From IMG/VR virus record IMGVR_UViG_3300048586_000134, positions 25,703-89,702 of that record: DNA of 64,000 nt; one strand, written 5' to 3'. The stretch is from a virus (Duplodnaviria; Heunggongvirae; Uroviricota; Caudoviricetes). A program made the translations under genes and the position numbers. Every line of letters starts with the position of its first letter. The stretch's first letter is position 1. This document shows, in pieces, positions 46,841 to 55,229 of this stretch. The notes beneath the pieces are model-generated. The model was not told the origin of the DNA. It saw nothing but the letters and a program-made list of their open reading frames with translations, and did no database searches.

Positions 46841-47052
46841 GCGAACCTCCTATAGAAGATACCAGTCAAGTCGCCCATTGTCAACTCGACGGCCTCAACC
46901 AGTTGCGCTTTCAGCGCCTCCTCAACCTCGTCAAGATCGCGCCCGACCTCATCCTCGTCGGTCTTGTCTGGCGTCCCACGCTGCCGCAGGAACAACTCAG
47001 CCTCGAAGAGCATTTCCTCTTTCAGTTGCGAGATAATCCAATCAGGAATCAT
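46837..47052 (-). CDS. hypothetical acidic protein (start MIPDWII..)
   Basis: The internal Met abuts the neighbouring gene. Confidence 0.35.
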   Translation of the reverse strand: MIPDWIISQLKEEMLFEAELFLRQRGTPDKTDEDEVGRDLDEVEEALKAQLVEAVELTMGDLTGIFYRRFA

Positions 47053-47053
47053 G

Positions 47054-47239
47054 TTAGTCCTCCGCAGGGATCGTATCCCCGTATTCGTTGATGACCTTCT
47101 CGTACTCATCACCGATCAGCACATTGTCGATGTACGGATCGGCTTCCAGACTCTCGGCGTAATGATGCGCCTGATGGGTAGCGTCTGTCAAGTCCTTCGC
47201 CTCGACCGTCACCCACAACTGAAACACGTACTGTGGCAT
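47054..47239 (-). CDS. hypothetical protein
   Basis: 61-aa ORF. Confidence 0.35.
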   Translation of the reverse strand: MPQYVFQLWVTVEAKDLTDATHQAHHYAESLEADPYIDNVLIGDEYEKVINEYGDTIPAED

Positions 47240-47268
47240 GCTGTCCTCCTGTCTGCTAACCTGCCTCT

Positions 47269-47297
47269 ACTCTAGCAGGTTACTCCTCGCCTGTCAA
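47269..47297 (-). promoter_or_regulatory. array promoter TTGACA-17-TAGAGT (TGC extended -10)
   Basis: Read on the - strand. The -35 overlaps the last codons (..DYLTGEE) of gene 47280..47612. Confidence 0.55.
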
Positions 47298-47612
47298 GTA
47301 GTCGCCAGTGAAGTCAACCACGATCCTCGCGACTTGCGTACCCAGCGCATTCGTCTCGTATTCGAGAAACACTGGATACACCCCATCGCCTCCGAACCCT
47401 GAGACAACGATTGCCGTGTTGTTCCCATCGAACGGCTCGATGAAGTCGCCCTTGTGGTTGACTCCATCCCATGCATGCAAGACTCCATCGTAGGTAATCC
47501 CGCGCTCCGCTGGTGTGACATCGCCAAACCTGTTGTATGGGAGCGTGTAGCACGGATCACCAACCATGATCTGTCCCGAGTCCACGCCCACATACCCGAT
47601 ATGCTTCCGCAT
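47280..47612 (-). CDS. hypothetical protein
   Basis: 110-aa ORF. Confidence 0.45.
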   Translation of the reverse strand: MRKHIGYVGVDSGQIMVGDPCYTLPYNRFGDVTPAERGITYDGVLHAWDGVNHKGDFIEPFDGNNTAIVVSGFGGDGVYPVFLEYETNALGTQVARIVVDFTGDYLTGEE

Positions 47613-47613
47613 G

Positions 47614-47814
47614 TTAGTCCTCCACCAATCGTGTTACGAAGAAACCGTTGTCGTCGTACAGATTTTCGTCCTCTCCCTCGATTTCGTCTCCCATCTGCGC
47701 GGAGTAGCCCTTCATGGTTTCGTTGATCTGCGCCTCCAACGCCCACAAGTTTGCCGCCGCATCCTCTGGCGTTTCCGCCTCGGTCGTCACGAAGATACAT
47801 CCTGTGAATCGCAT
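47614..47814 (-). CDS. hypothetical acidic protein (start MRFTGC..)
   Basis: Internal Met with GAGGGG upstream. Confidence 0.35.
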   Translation of the reverse strand: MRFTGCIFVTTEAETPEDAAANLWALEAQINETMKGYSAQMGDEIEGEDENLYDDNGFFVTRLVED

Positions 47815-47825
47815 TGTCAACCCCT

Positions 47826-48413
47826 CTAGATGCTCAATCGCATCTGTGATAGTCCCAGCACGTCCAGCAACCAATCAGCCGCCGCATCGATGCGCTTCTC
47901 CACATCCAGCGGGTAAACAGGATTCATCCGCCGATCACGGCATGCATTGTGGTGAGCGATGTAGCCCATCGAACGCTTCACGCAAGCGAGTGAGAACTCC
48001 TGTCCCACGATAGCCGCAACCGACTCGGCCACGACTTCCATCATCAGCCCTTTTTTCTTTTCCTTCCCTCGCGGCCAGTTCTTACCAACCGTCTCGTACT
48101 CGAATGCGTGCACGGCCTCGTGCACCAGCGTCAGGAACTCGGAATTAGCGTGCTTGTTCGGCCTGATGAAAATGACCTTTGTATTCGGATTGCACCACCC
48201 GAGTGATGTTTTCCGTCCGCAGTCCTTCTCTTTCTGGATCGTCCATCCGCGCTTTTCCAGCACGTCAGCGAGTTTCCGCGTGGCCGCAAGAACCGCTCGA
48301 CTGGCTCCGACCACTGGCTCGTAATCCCAATTGTAGCGGTAGTGCACGCGACGTGTCTCAACCTCCACGCGTGCCTGCTGATCGAGTGTGTGCAACAGCG
48401 TCTTGTAGGTCAT
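47826..48413 (-). CDS. zincin-like metallopeptidase (HExxH)
   Basis: ..TLVHEAVHAFEYE.. is an HExxH motif. The ORF is 195 aa. Confidence 0.45.
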   Translation of the reverse strand: MTYKTLLHTLDQQARVEVETRRVHYRYNWDYEPVVGASRAVLAATRKLADVLEKRGWTIQKEKDCGRKTSLGWCNPNTKVIFIRPNKHANSEFLTLVHEAVHAFEYETVGKNWPRGKEKKKGLMMEVVAESVAAIVGQEFSLACVKRSMGYIAHHNACRDRRMNPVYPLDVEKRIDAAADWLLDVLGLSQMRLSI

Positions 48414-48447
48414 GATGCTTCCTCCATCGCTTCTCGAATCTGTTGCC

Positions 48448-48476
48448 AGTCTAGCAGGGAGTCAACTGCCTGTCAA
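48448..48476 (-). promoter_or_regulatory. array promoter TTGACA-17-TAGACT
   Basis: Read on the - strand, upstream of 47826..48413. Confidence 0.55.
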
Positions 48477-48495
48477 CTCCCTGCTGTTGCCTTCG

Positions 48496-48894
48496 CTACA
48501 GTGTGATCGTTTCCCGCTTCGCCAGATCGTAGATCGCGATTTCGCCGCGCTCACGTCCCGCGAGAAGCGCCTTGACGCGTCCCTTCGGCGTGTTCGGGAA
48601 GATCGTGACCGCATCTACATAGAGCGTATCACCATCGATCCAGCCGCCGAACCATTCAATGTTGCTCGGCTTCGGTGTCATCCAGACCGCCACCAGCGCA
48701 ATCGCGTCGTCAATTTGCGTGTCTCGTGAGATTTTGAGCGTCGGCGTGTTGAATGCGCTCCCAACCGCGAACCCCTCATCGGGAGCGTCCGCACCATACT
48801 GTCCAACCGTAGCGCCACCCGTTGCAAGCGTTCGCTCAACCAGCTTGGTTGCCGCTTGGATCGTCTGCTCGTAGGGGATGATCGACGTATTCAC
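48496..48894 (-). CDS. hypothetical protein
   Basis: 132-aa ORF. Confidence 0.45.
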   Translation of the reverse strand: MNTSIIPYEQTIQAATKLVERTLATGGATVGQYGADAPDEGFAVGSAFNTPTLKISRDTQIDDAIALVAVWMTPKPSNIEWFGGWIDGDTLYVDAVTIFPNTPKGRVKALLAGRERGEIAIYDLAKRETITL

Positions 48895-48940
48895 TTTGCT
48901 TTCTCCTCACTCTTGGCCGCTCATTGCCGCCACTGGAATG

Positions 48941-48969
48941 ACTATAGCAGGTTGTCTGTTGCTTGTCAA
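48941..48969 (-). promoter_or_regulatory. array promoter TTGACA-17-TATAGT
   Basis: Read on the - strand. The TAG stop of the upstream gene lies 4 nt from the -35. Confidence 0.6.
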
Positions 48970-48972
48970 GCC

Positions 48973-49323
48973 CTACGCATCAGGATCGTATGGGCCATAC
49001 TCCATGAAGTCGAAATAGGCTTCGATCAGCGCTGCCGCCGACTCTCGATATGCTCGCGGTTCATCGTCGCAGATTGTGGCGTTTGCGGCCTCTCGCATGT
49101 GCTGATACAGACGCGTCCCGAGTGCGTCACCCGTAGTCTCGATCAGCTTGTGTGCGGCCTCGTAACGATCCGCGTAGTGCGCATCCTCTGGTAGCGTGAG
49201 ATACACTTGGAAGTAGAGCGCGAACTCTTTGAGCGGGAGCCGCGTGCTGTACCACGCTCCATCAACGCCAACCACTTCCACGAAACCGTCCTCGGAAATG
49301 CGGTATTCCTCGCGCTTGCTCAT
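48973..49323 (-). CDS. hypothetical protein (start MSKREEY.., RBS GGAGGAA)
   Basis: 117-aa product. Confidence 0.45.
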   Translation of the reverse strand: MSKREEYRISEDGFVEVVGVDGAWYSTRLPLKEFALYFQVYLTLPEDAHYADRYEAAHKLIETTGDALGTRLYQHMREAANATICDDEPRAYRESAAALIEAYFDFMEYGPYDPDA

Positions 49324-49394
49324 CGGTTCCTCCAAATGGGCGAGACATAACTGCCTCGACGTGTCAGGCTGTACACAATCGCCAGCCAGTCCCT

Positions 49395-49423
49395 ACTGTA
49401 CACCGCGATCAGCTTGCCGTCAA
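49395..49423 (-). promoter_or_regulatory. array promoter TTGACG-17-TACAGT (GTG extended -10) followed by leader hairpin
   Basis: Read on the - strand. The leader contains GGCTG..CAGCC. Confidence 0.45.
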
Positions 49424-49579
49424 GCCAGACGCCGTAGTGCATGCTACCAACCACCGATGTCGTCCAGCCAAAGCTCGAAGTCCAGTTCATCGTCTGTCCA
49501 GCAGACTAGCACATCGCCGTTCCGCATGTCAAGCATGGCGTCCAGCATGTCGTAGTACCAGTCAACGATCCAGCCGTGT

Positions 49580-49837
49580 CTATTGAGAATGACCCACCAC
49601 ATTGTTTTGCTCCTTCAGTTTCGCGTAGAAGCGAGTCGCGTCAATCGCGTCCTTCAGCTTGTGCGCCTTGCGTAGCTCCGTGTCCGCGTCCTCGAAGTCG
49701 TGCAGATGTCCGAGTCGAATGATCGTATCGGGACCGTCCACGTAGAGCGTCACTTGATAGCAGCGCCCCATCGGAATGTAGGCGATTTCTCCAATCGCCC
49801 GATTGCCGTCCTTGACCACGTACACGCTTGGTTTCAC
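49580..49837 (-). CDS. hypothetical protein
   Basis: 85-aa ORF. Confidence 0.4.
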   Translation of the reverse strand: MKPSVYVVKDGNRAIGEIAYIPMGRCYQVTLYVDGPDTIIRLGHLHDFEDADTELRKAHKLKDAIDATRFYAKLKEQNNVVGHSQ

Positions 49838-50124
49838 TTCACCCCTCCACGACCATCGTACTCGATGATCTGCGGCTTGTCAAGCCCCTTGTTGCTGATG
49901 TAGTGCTTGATACCAGCCTGCACCAGCCGATACGCCTTGATCGCGCTCTTGCGTGCCTCTTCCAGCGGCTCACCGAGACTGACCAGCAGATCGTCGCTCT
50001 CGTTGTCCGTGCATGCGCACCAGACGATCCACTTTGTCGGATCGCTTTTCGACTTGCGTGCCTTGCCGACACGCTCAGCGCCGACGTAAAAGACCACGAT
50101 TTCCTGAATCTCCTGCTCGTTCAT
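49834..50124 (-). CDS. hypothetical protein
   Basis: 96-aa ORF. Confidence 0.4.
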   Translation of the reverse strand: MNEQEIQEIVVFYVGAERVGKARKSKSDPTKWIVWCACTDNESDDLLVSLGEPLEEARKSAIKAYRLVQAGIKHYISNKGLDKPQIIEYDGRGGVK

Positions 50125-50177
50125 GCCCTGTCCTTTCTGATTGACCAGCCCTCAGTGGTGCGGTACCACCCTCCTCG

Positions 50178-50206
50178 ATGATAGCAGCTTAGTTGCTCTC
50201 TGTCAA
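50178..50206 (-). promoter_or_regulatory. array promoter TTGACA-17-TATCAT
   Basis: Read on the - strand; overlaps the stop of the HNH gene. Confidence 0.55.
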
Positions 50207-50656
50207 GTGTTCGCATATCCCTCCGTTTCGTCGCTTGCTGTCGTTACAGTTTGCGCACAAGATTTGTAGCGTGTCAGGAAAGTCGTTTTTGATGATCCAG
50301 CGATATGTCTCACTCCCCGATGCTGACCGACGCTTTCCGTTGCTGATTTGCGCACGATGTTCATTACCGCCGCCCTCAATATGGTCGATGTGTAACATAG
50401 TCATCCGATGCTCACCACAACACGCACATTTATTTCCATAATGCTCGAATACTGTTGTCCGTAACTTTTCTCGATACCTCTTGTTTGCGTCCAGCTTATC
50501 AGCCGCATTGACAATCACTAAACAAGCCTGACACAACGATCCCTGTCTGTCAAGCGTCTTGCCACATTTCCCGCACAAGCCCTCCGCTCGTCGCTTGTGG
50601 TACGTCTGTCGTTGCCATGTCGCGCTGTACGTGTCAGATTTTATTTCTCTGCTCAT
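50189..50656 (-). CDS. HNH endonuclease
   Basis: ..MLHIDHIEGGGNEH..LQILCANCN.. is an HNH motif. N-terminal CxxC pairs are present. Confidence 0.7.
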   Translation of the reverse strand: MSREIKSDTYSATWQRQTYHKRRAEGLCGKCGKTLDRQGSLCQACLVIVNAADKLDANKRYREKLRTTVFEHYGNKCACCGEHRMTMLHIDHIEGGGNEHRAQISNGKRRSASGSETYRWIIKNDFPDTLQILCANCNDSKRRNGGICEHLTESN

Positions 50657-50733
50657 GTGTGCCTCCCGTACTGTAGAGACTACCCTATGCAGCCTCTACA
50701 GTACAGTAGCACCGACTACCGAATTAGTTTCCG

Positions 50734-50762
50734 TCCGTTCGGACGAACTCAGGACGGTTGAA
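50734..50762 (-). promoter_or_regulatory. TTGACA -35 with weak -10 (AGTTCG). Its long structured leader contains the 14-bp palindrome CGTCCGAACGGACG plus the hairpin TACTGTAGAG..CTCTACAGTA
   Basis: Read on the - strand, upstream of the HNH gene. May be a regulated promoter. Confidence 0.35.
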
Positions 50763-50778
50763 TGGTTGTCAAGTAGTC

Positions 50779-51090
50779 TTAGCGACACGTCCCATCTTCG
50801 TAGACCACGTACCCCGCTCGCTTCATTTTCGTAAAGTAGGTGCCGCTGAACGGGTAGACTCCATTCCTCGTGAGCGTCCGCTGATAGCCTGCACACGCTC
50901 CCGACCGTCGTACATACGTGCCGCGCTTGCTTCCCTCATCGCAGCCAGTCGCGTGCACAATCTGCGAATCCCTTACGCTCGTCTGTCCGTACCACCGCGC
51001 CCACATCAGGCACTCGCTCGACGCCGACGCGCTTCCACCATACCCGACGAACAGACTTGCCACGATTGCAATGATAACCACAAACCGCAT
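50779..51090 (-). CDS. small secreted Cys-rich protein (Sec signal peptide)
   Basis: MRFVVIIAIVASLFVGYGGSASA-SS.. with 6 Cys in the mature part. Confidence 0.45.
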   Translation of the reverse strand: MRFVVIIAIVASLFVGYGGSASASSECLMWARWYGQTSVRDSQIVHATGCDEGSKRGTYVRRSGACAGYQRTLTRNGVYPFSGTYFTKMKRAGYVVYEDGTCR

Positions 51091-51272
51091 TACCGCGCTA
51101 CCTCCTGCTGAATCCGTCGTGCCTTGTCCTCATTCCACACGATGCCGTGCCGAATCTGCTTGTTGCGCTTGTCTAGCTTGCGCTGCTCCTCCCGCTCACG
51201 CTCGATCCGTCGCCGTTCCGACTGCCGCTGCTGTCGTGCTCCCATGATACTTGCTCCTCTCGATCCTGTCAA
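51090..51272 (-). CDS. hypothetical Arg/Glu-rich basic protein
   Basis: 60-aa ORF. Its start overlaps the next promoter, so it is probably translated from the upstream transcript. Confidence 0.3.
   Translation of the reverse strand: MTGSRGASIMGARQQRQSERRRIEREREEQRKLDKRNKQIRHGIVWNEDKARRIQQEVAR
51244..51272 (-). promoter_or_regulatory. array promoter TTGACA-17-TATCAT
   Basis: Read on the - strand. Confidence 0.5.
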
Positions 51273-51282
51273 GTAGCGTCTG

Positions 51283-51612
51283 CTACGTGGTGGCGAAAAA
51301 CTTCTCGACCAGTGCTTCCAGATCGTCCCGCACGCTTACCAGCGTGCTGATGTATGCCTGTCGTGCGCTGTCGTTATCCTCCTCCTCTACGCCGTCCGTA
51401 ACCAGTGAGTCAAGACGATCTTTGATCGTGATGATGTCCCTGACTTCCTCAGTACTCACGGATGCCCGAACAGTCTTGATCGCCACCGCTCCGAGTGAGT
51501 CCTCGACTTCGTATTCCGCCTCTCTCACGGCTTGCTTTGCGGCATCCTCCTTGTCTGTCGCCCAAACCGTGTGCAAGCTGTCTTGTCGTACTGTAACCTT
51601 GAACCACTCCAT
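51283..51612 (-). CDS. hypothetical acidic protein
   Basis: 109-aa ORF. Confidence 0.4.
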   Translation of the reverse strand: MEWFKVTVRQDSLHTVWATDKEDAAKQAVREAEYEVEDSLGAVAIKTVRASVSTEEVRDIITIKDRLDSLVTDGVEEEDNDSARQAYISTLVSVRDDLEALVEKFFATT

Positions 51613-51619
51613 CTGTCAA
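51590..51619 (-). promoter_or_regulatory. promoter-like TTGACA-18-TACAGT
   Basis: Read on the - strand. It overlaps the annotated ATG of 51283..51612, so either the start or the promoter call is wrong. Confidence 0.3.
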
Positions 51620-51638
51620 GCCTCCTCAGTAGCCGTAG

Positions 51639-51896
51639 CTACACATCGAACTTACGGTCGAATCGATCAGCGGCCTCGGCCTCGTACAGTTCATCTTGGA
51701 AACTCTCGTCAATGTCAAGCACGTCTGCCTCGTAGTGCTTGCTTGCCGCGTCCGAGAGTGTGCGAAGAAAACTTTGCACTGCCTCCTCGACGGTTTCCGC
51801 CACTACATCGAAGTTGACGTAATATCGGTTCATGTCGTTACTCCTTCTCGACCAGACCGTAGCCGTGGATATCCGCGAGTGCCAGCAGAAGCGCAA
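51639..51896 (-). CDS. hypothetical acidic protein
   Basis: 85-aa ORF. Confidence 0.4.
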   Translation of the reverse strand: MRFCWHSRISTATVWSRRSNDMNRYYVNFDVVAETVEEAVQSFLRTLSDAASKHYEADVLDIDESFQDELYEAEAADRFDRKFDV

Positions 51897-52065
51897 GCGC
51901 CTCAGTTGACTTCAGGTGAATGCCTGTCTGATAATCGTACTGGCTCAGGCCAGTGTTGTCAAGATCATACCCGCCGCGAGTCGATGTCAACTCAATCGGG
52001 CTATCGTGGATCACCACCCGCACGTCGCCGTCGTCGCTCGTCCATTTCGTGTACGGCTTGCTCAT
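51838..52065 (-). CDS. hypothetical protein
   Basis: 75-aa ORF. Confidence 0.35.
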   Translation of the reverse strand: MSKPYTKWTSDDGDVRVVIHDSPIELTSTRGGYDLDNTGLSQYDYQTGIHLKSTEALALLLALADIHGYGLVEKE

Positions 52066-52067
52066 GT

Positions 52068-52598
52068 TCAGTCCTCCACTCCATCGAACATGCTGCTAGG
52101 ATAGCACACTCGGCATCCTTCGTCAAGCCACTCCTCATAGTATTCCAGCGGCTCGTCGCATTCGCTACATGTCGGCCAGTTCTCGATGATCGCTTGCCGT
52201 GCATACTCGTAGGCCAGTTGTTGCGCGTCACTGATCCATCGGTCAATGTCGCCGTAGCTTTGCCCATCCTCGCACAACTCATTCATCAGAACCGCGTGCT
52301 TGATGTTCTCGGCCAGCCAGCCAGTCAGCGCCAGCGTTTCGTAATCGGAGTCAGGAAGTACCATGTCCGCGATTTCGTCAGGACCGTTGAGACCGTTCAC
52401 CGCCGCGTCTGAAAGAAGTTCATGAACGTACTCGTATGCCGTATCCTCGTTCATGTTTTCCGCTGCCGCTCGCACCATTTCGCTCAGTGGCGTTTGTTGT
52501 GCGTGATCCCGCAGAAACCAGATGCGCTTGCCTGCACTCGTTACGCGAGTGTCGAACATGTTGCTCATTGCCTCGGTGATCGTGACCAGATCGCCCAT
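52068..52598 (-). CDS. hypothetical acidic protein (start MGDLVTI.., RBS GGAGG)
   Basis: The start lies downstream of the promoter at 52644-52672. Confidence 0.45.
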   Translation of the reverse strand: MGDLVTITEAMSNMFDTRVTSAGKRIWFLRDHAQQTPLSEMVRAAAENMNEDTAYEYVHELLSDAAVNGLNGPDEIADMVLPDSDYETLALTGWLAENIKHAVLMNELCEDGQSYGDIDRWISDAQQLAYEYARQAIIENWPTCSECDEPLEYYEEWLDEGCRVCYPSSMFDGVED

Positions 52599-52643
52599 GA
52601 TTGTCCTCCGTTTCGTCGTGCGGCCCTCGTTGACCACACCATC

Positions 52644-52672
52644 ACTGTACACCATCCTGCCAGCCGTGTCAA
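52644..52672 (-). promoter_or_regulatory. array promoter TTGACA-17-TACAGT
   Basis: Read on the - strand. The upstream gene's TAG stop sits in a GTAGCGGCGGCTAC hairpin 10 nt before the -35. Confidence 0.6.
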
Positions 52673-52682
52673 GTAGCCGCCG

Positions 52683-53142
52683 CTACAAATCCTCGAATGC
52701 GTCGTAACTCGCATCTGTCCAGTAACTAATCGTGCGGTAGATAACCCCGCCGATCTGCCAGCATGCCGCCTGTACAATAGGCATTGCCTCGTAGTCGCGA
52801 TACAGGTTGACGTAATCACCCACTTCCTTGATGTGTTCCTGTGCGAACTCCTTGAACGCCTCGATCATTTTCTTTTCGTCGCTTGCATATTGTAGCAGGA
52901 AGCGGTGCGACGGCTCACCCTGATACTTGACGAACTCGTTTCCGATTGCCGCCGTCCGTCCTCGGATCGTGTATTGATGATTCTCGATGAACGGCCCACG
53001 CTGCATGAGTGCCGCGTATGCCTCGTCATAGGTCGCGAACGAACTTTCATAAAACGGTTCATCGCCGCGAAGATCGATGTAAAACTTGCCGCTGTACGCC
53101 TGACCGATGTTGGCAACCGTGCCGCCGTTGATGTAGTTCATG
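52683..53142 (-). CDS. hypothetical protein (start MNYINGG.., RBS AGGGAGTGCGATC)
   Basis: The start was corrected to lie downstream of the promoter. Confidence 0.45.
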
Positions 53143-53184
53143 ATCGCACTCCCTGTGATGGTAGCCGTTGCTTGACTACCATCA

Positions 53185-53214
53185 CTGTACATCATTCGTC
53201 CATGTCCTGTCAAG
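53185..53214 (-). promoter_or_regulatory. array promoter TTGACA-18-TACAGT
   Basis: Read on the - strand; shares the conserved ACCATCACTGTACA block with 52644. Confidence 0.55.
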
Positions 53215-53223
53215 TAGTGACCG

Positions 53224-53460
53224 CTACCGAATCGACGGTCGTTCGTCGCCGCTGTCGTAGACGATGTAATACTCGTCCTCGTTCACACCCTCCCACGGAT
53301 CGCGGTACACGGTCGTTACACCCATCGTACTTCTCTGAATCTCAGCACTCACGTACTCGTCTTGGAGCGCTTCGTGCGCCAACTCGGATGCCTGCTCGAA
53401 CGTGTCTGCCTCAACAAAGAACTCGGATCGCTCGGTTACACCGACCTTGAAGAATGGCAC
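53224..53460 (-). CDS. hypothetical acidic protein
   Basis: 78-aa ORF. Confidence 0.4.
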   Translation of the reverse strand: MPFFKVGVTERSEFFVEADTFEQASELAHEALQDEYVSAEIQRSTMGVTTVYRDPWEGVNEDEYYIVYDSGDERPSIR

Positions 53461-53509
53461 TGTCGTTTACCCTTCACTTTACTGTCGTTATGCCGTGTTT
53501 CACTGTCGT

Positions 53510-53860
53510 TTAGAACTTGAAGTTGATCGCCGCGTCCTTCTTCGCGAGAATGTCCGCAGCCTCTTTCACGTTGACCGCGCATTGGAGATTGCATTCAAGC
53601 GCCTTCACGCCGTCGTAATTCTGACGCATCAGATCATCCTCGTCAACCGTGCCATAGTTGCGGAAGCTACTGTTGTTCAGCAGCCGCCCGAAGCGTCCCC
53701 ACATCCGCTTGCTCATGGTCACGTAGAAATACCCGTTCTCCACGCGAATCGAGATAACCGTGTTCATCTTGAACCGTGCACGCTCGGCTTCCTGTCGTGC
53801 ACACACATCGCATTCGATGTAGGTCACGGTCGTAAGAAAGTCTTTCGCCTCGTTGTTCAT
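53510..53860 (-). CDS. hypothetical protein
   Basis: 116-aa ORF. Confidence 0.45.
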   Translation of the reverse strand: MNNEAKDFLTTVTYIECDVCARQEAERARFKMNTVISIRVENGYFYVTMSKRMWGRFGRLLNNSSFRNYGTVDEDDLMRQNYDGVKALECNLQCAVNVKEAADILAKKDAAINFKF

Positions 53861-53904
53861 CGGTGCCTCTCCTCGGTGACACGGCCCTCATCGACCGTGC
53901 CACC

Positions 53905-53933
53905 ATGTTAGCCTATCGCTCAGTCGTTGTCAA
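53905..53933 (-). promoter_or_regulatory. array promoter TTGACA-17-TAACAT followed by leader hairpin
   Basis: Read on the - strand. The leader contains GGTGGCACGG..CCGTGTCACC. Confidence 0.55.
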
Positions 53934-53952
53934 GTGCCTTGTGTTGCGTTCG

Positions 53953-54609
53953 CTACTTGATCGGCGCTCCGAAGAATTGTTCGCTGTACCACACTCCCAC
54001 TTGTGGCGCGTAGTCGCCCGTTATGGCATAGTAGGCTTGTTGGCCGCATGTCTCGCTAAAGAGTGCGTGATGTGCCATGCGTGAGAACAGTTTCGCGTGA
54101 CTGTAGTACGCTTTCGTCTCGCCAGCCCATCCGAATGACCCACCCGAAGCGAAGTGACCCAGCACGTCATGCACTGCACGAAAGATGGTGTTGAGCGTCT
54201 CGTTTCGGCCATTGTACCAGATGAATCCCTGATCCAGAAACTCATGGTCGCCAGCGCTACGGAACACTCGCAGCACGCCAGTCTCGTTGAACTCCGCGAA
54301 CGTCTCAGCCGCCGACTTGAAACCCTCCCCTGTCACGTTCGGATCATCGTCCACGAACTCGAACACGAACCCGCGAGAGAGAAGGTAGGCCCACTGCTCG
54401 GCCAGTTCATTCATGAATGCCTCGTAACTCAGGATCAGATCGGCGCGATGTGGCTTGAAGTCGATGCGGTAATCGTTCGCCTGTCGCTCGTAGATGTCGA
54501 AAATCACCTGCTGATAGTCTGTCAGATCGACATCCAGCGTGTCAAGTGGCTTACGCTGGAACGGATAGGCAGTGTGTGCATCGACCGCTGACTGAATCGG
54601 AGTAGGCAT
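53953..54609 (-). CDS. hypothetical protein (start MPTPIQS.., RBS GGGAGAAC)
   Basis: The start was corrected to lie downstream of the promoter at 54653-54681. Confidence 0.45.
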   Translation of the reverse strand: MPTPIQSAVDAHTAYPFQRKPLDTLDVDLTDYQQVIFDIYERQANDYRIDFKPHRADLILSYEAFMNELAEQWAYLLSRGFVFEFVDDDPNVTGEGFKSAAETFAEFNETGVLRVFRSAGDHEFLDQGFIWYNGRNETLNTIFRAVHDVLGHFASGGSFGWAGETKAYYSHAKLFSRMAHHALFSETCGQQAYYAITGDYAPQVGVWYSEQFFGAPIK

Positions 54610-54652
54610 TGATGTTCTCCCTCGTTTGTGGTCCCTCGACCACCGTGCAACC

Positions 54653-54681
54653 ACTGTACCACGTTCGGTTTCGCTTGTCAA
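54653..54681 (-). promoter_or_regulatory. array promoter TTGACA-17-TACAGT (GTG extended -10)
   Basis: Read on the - strand. Confidence 0.55.
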
Positions 54682-54685
54682 GCCC

Positions 54686-54937
54686 CTAGTAGTCGATTGC
54701 CTCCCGCTCGTTGTATTCAGGCTCATACTCGCCGCACGTATCGCAGGCTACGAAGTACTCATCGCGACTTTCCGAACAACACCCACACGCGAAGTAGTGC
54801 GTTTCGGTGTCAATCGTCAGCCTAGCACCCTCGCCGCCGCATCGCGGACACTTGACCGTGTACTCCTCGCGGTCGTTGTACGTGCGAGAACTGTACTCGC
54901 TTTCGTATTCGTCCACGTACTGCTCGTCCTCGTCCAT
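54686..54937 (-). CDS. zinc-ribbon protein (start MDEDEQY.., RBS GAGGAG)
   Basis: CPRCGGEG..CGCC..CDTCGEYEP. Confidence 0.45.
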   Translation of the reverse strand: MDEDEQYVDEYESEYSSRTYNDREEYTVKCPRCGGEGARLTIDTETHYFACGCCSESRDEYFVACDTCGEYEPEYNEREAIDY

Positions 54938-54960
54938 CGTGTCGCTCCTCACTTGTGACT

Positions 54961-54989
54961 ACTGTATCACGTTCGGATCAGGTTGTCAA
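54961..54989 (-). promoter_or_regulatory. array promoter TTGACA-17-TACAGT
   Basis: Read on the - strand. Confidence 0.55.
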
Positions 54990-55138
54990 GTGTTTGCTAC
55001 GATTCGATGCTCCTCAGTGTAGCCGCCGCTACGCTTGATGTCGATGTAAACGCGTGCGGTTTCGAGTGTGACGCAGCGTGCCAGCGGATCAGGCACCCAA
55101 TGACCGCGTGTGAAGTACTCAACCCTGAACGTCTGCAT
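54986..55138 (-). CDS. small hypothetical protein (50 aa; start MQTFRVEY..)
   Basis: RBS AAGGGAGCACGATC precedes the ATG, downstream of the promoter at 55193-55221. Confidence 0.35.
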   Translation of the reverse strand: MQTFRVEYFTRGHWVPDPLARCVTLETARVYIDIKRSGGYTEEHRIVANT

Positions 55139-55192
55139 GATCGTGCTCCCTTGCTTGTGGTGACCAACCCTCGTTGGTGCCGTACAGTCCTC

Positions 55193-55221
55193 ACTATACG
55201 GCACGGACGAATGTTTGTCAA
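55193..55221 (-). promoter_or_regulatory. array promoter TTGACA-17-TATAGT followed by leader hairpin
   Basis: Read on the - strand. Confidence 0.55.
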
Positions 55222-55229
55222 GCCCCTCG

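Noticed and set aside
51244-51272. Leaderless translation of 51090..51272 from the ATG overlapping the -10 (TATCATGG)
   Set aside because: The ATG sits inside the -10 hexamer and would not be transcribed from this promoter. The ORF, if real, is more likely translated from the upstream read-through transcript.
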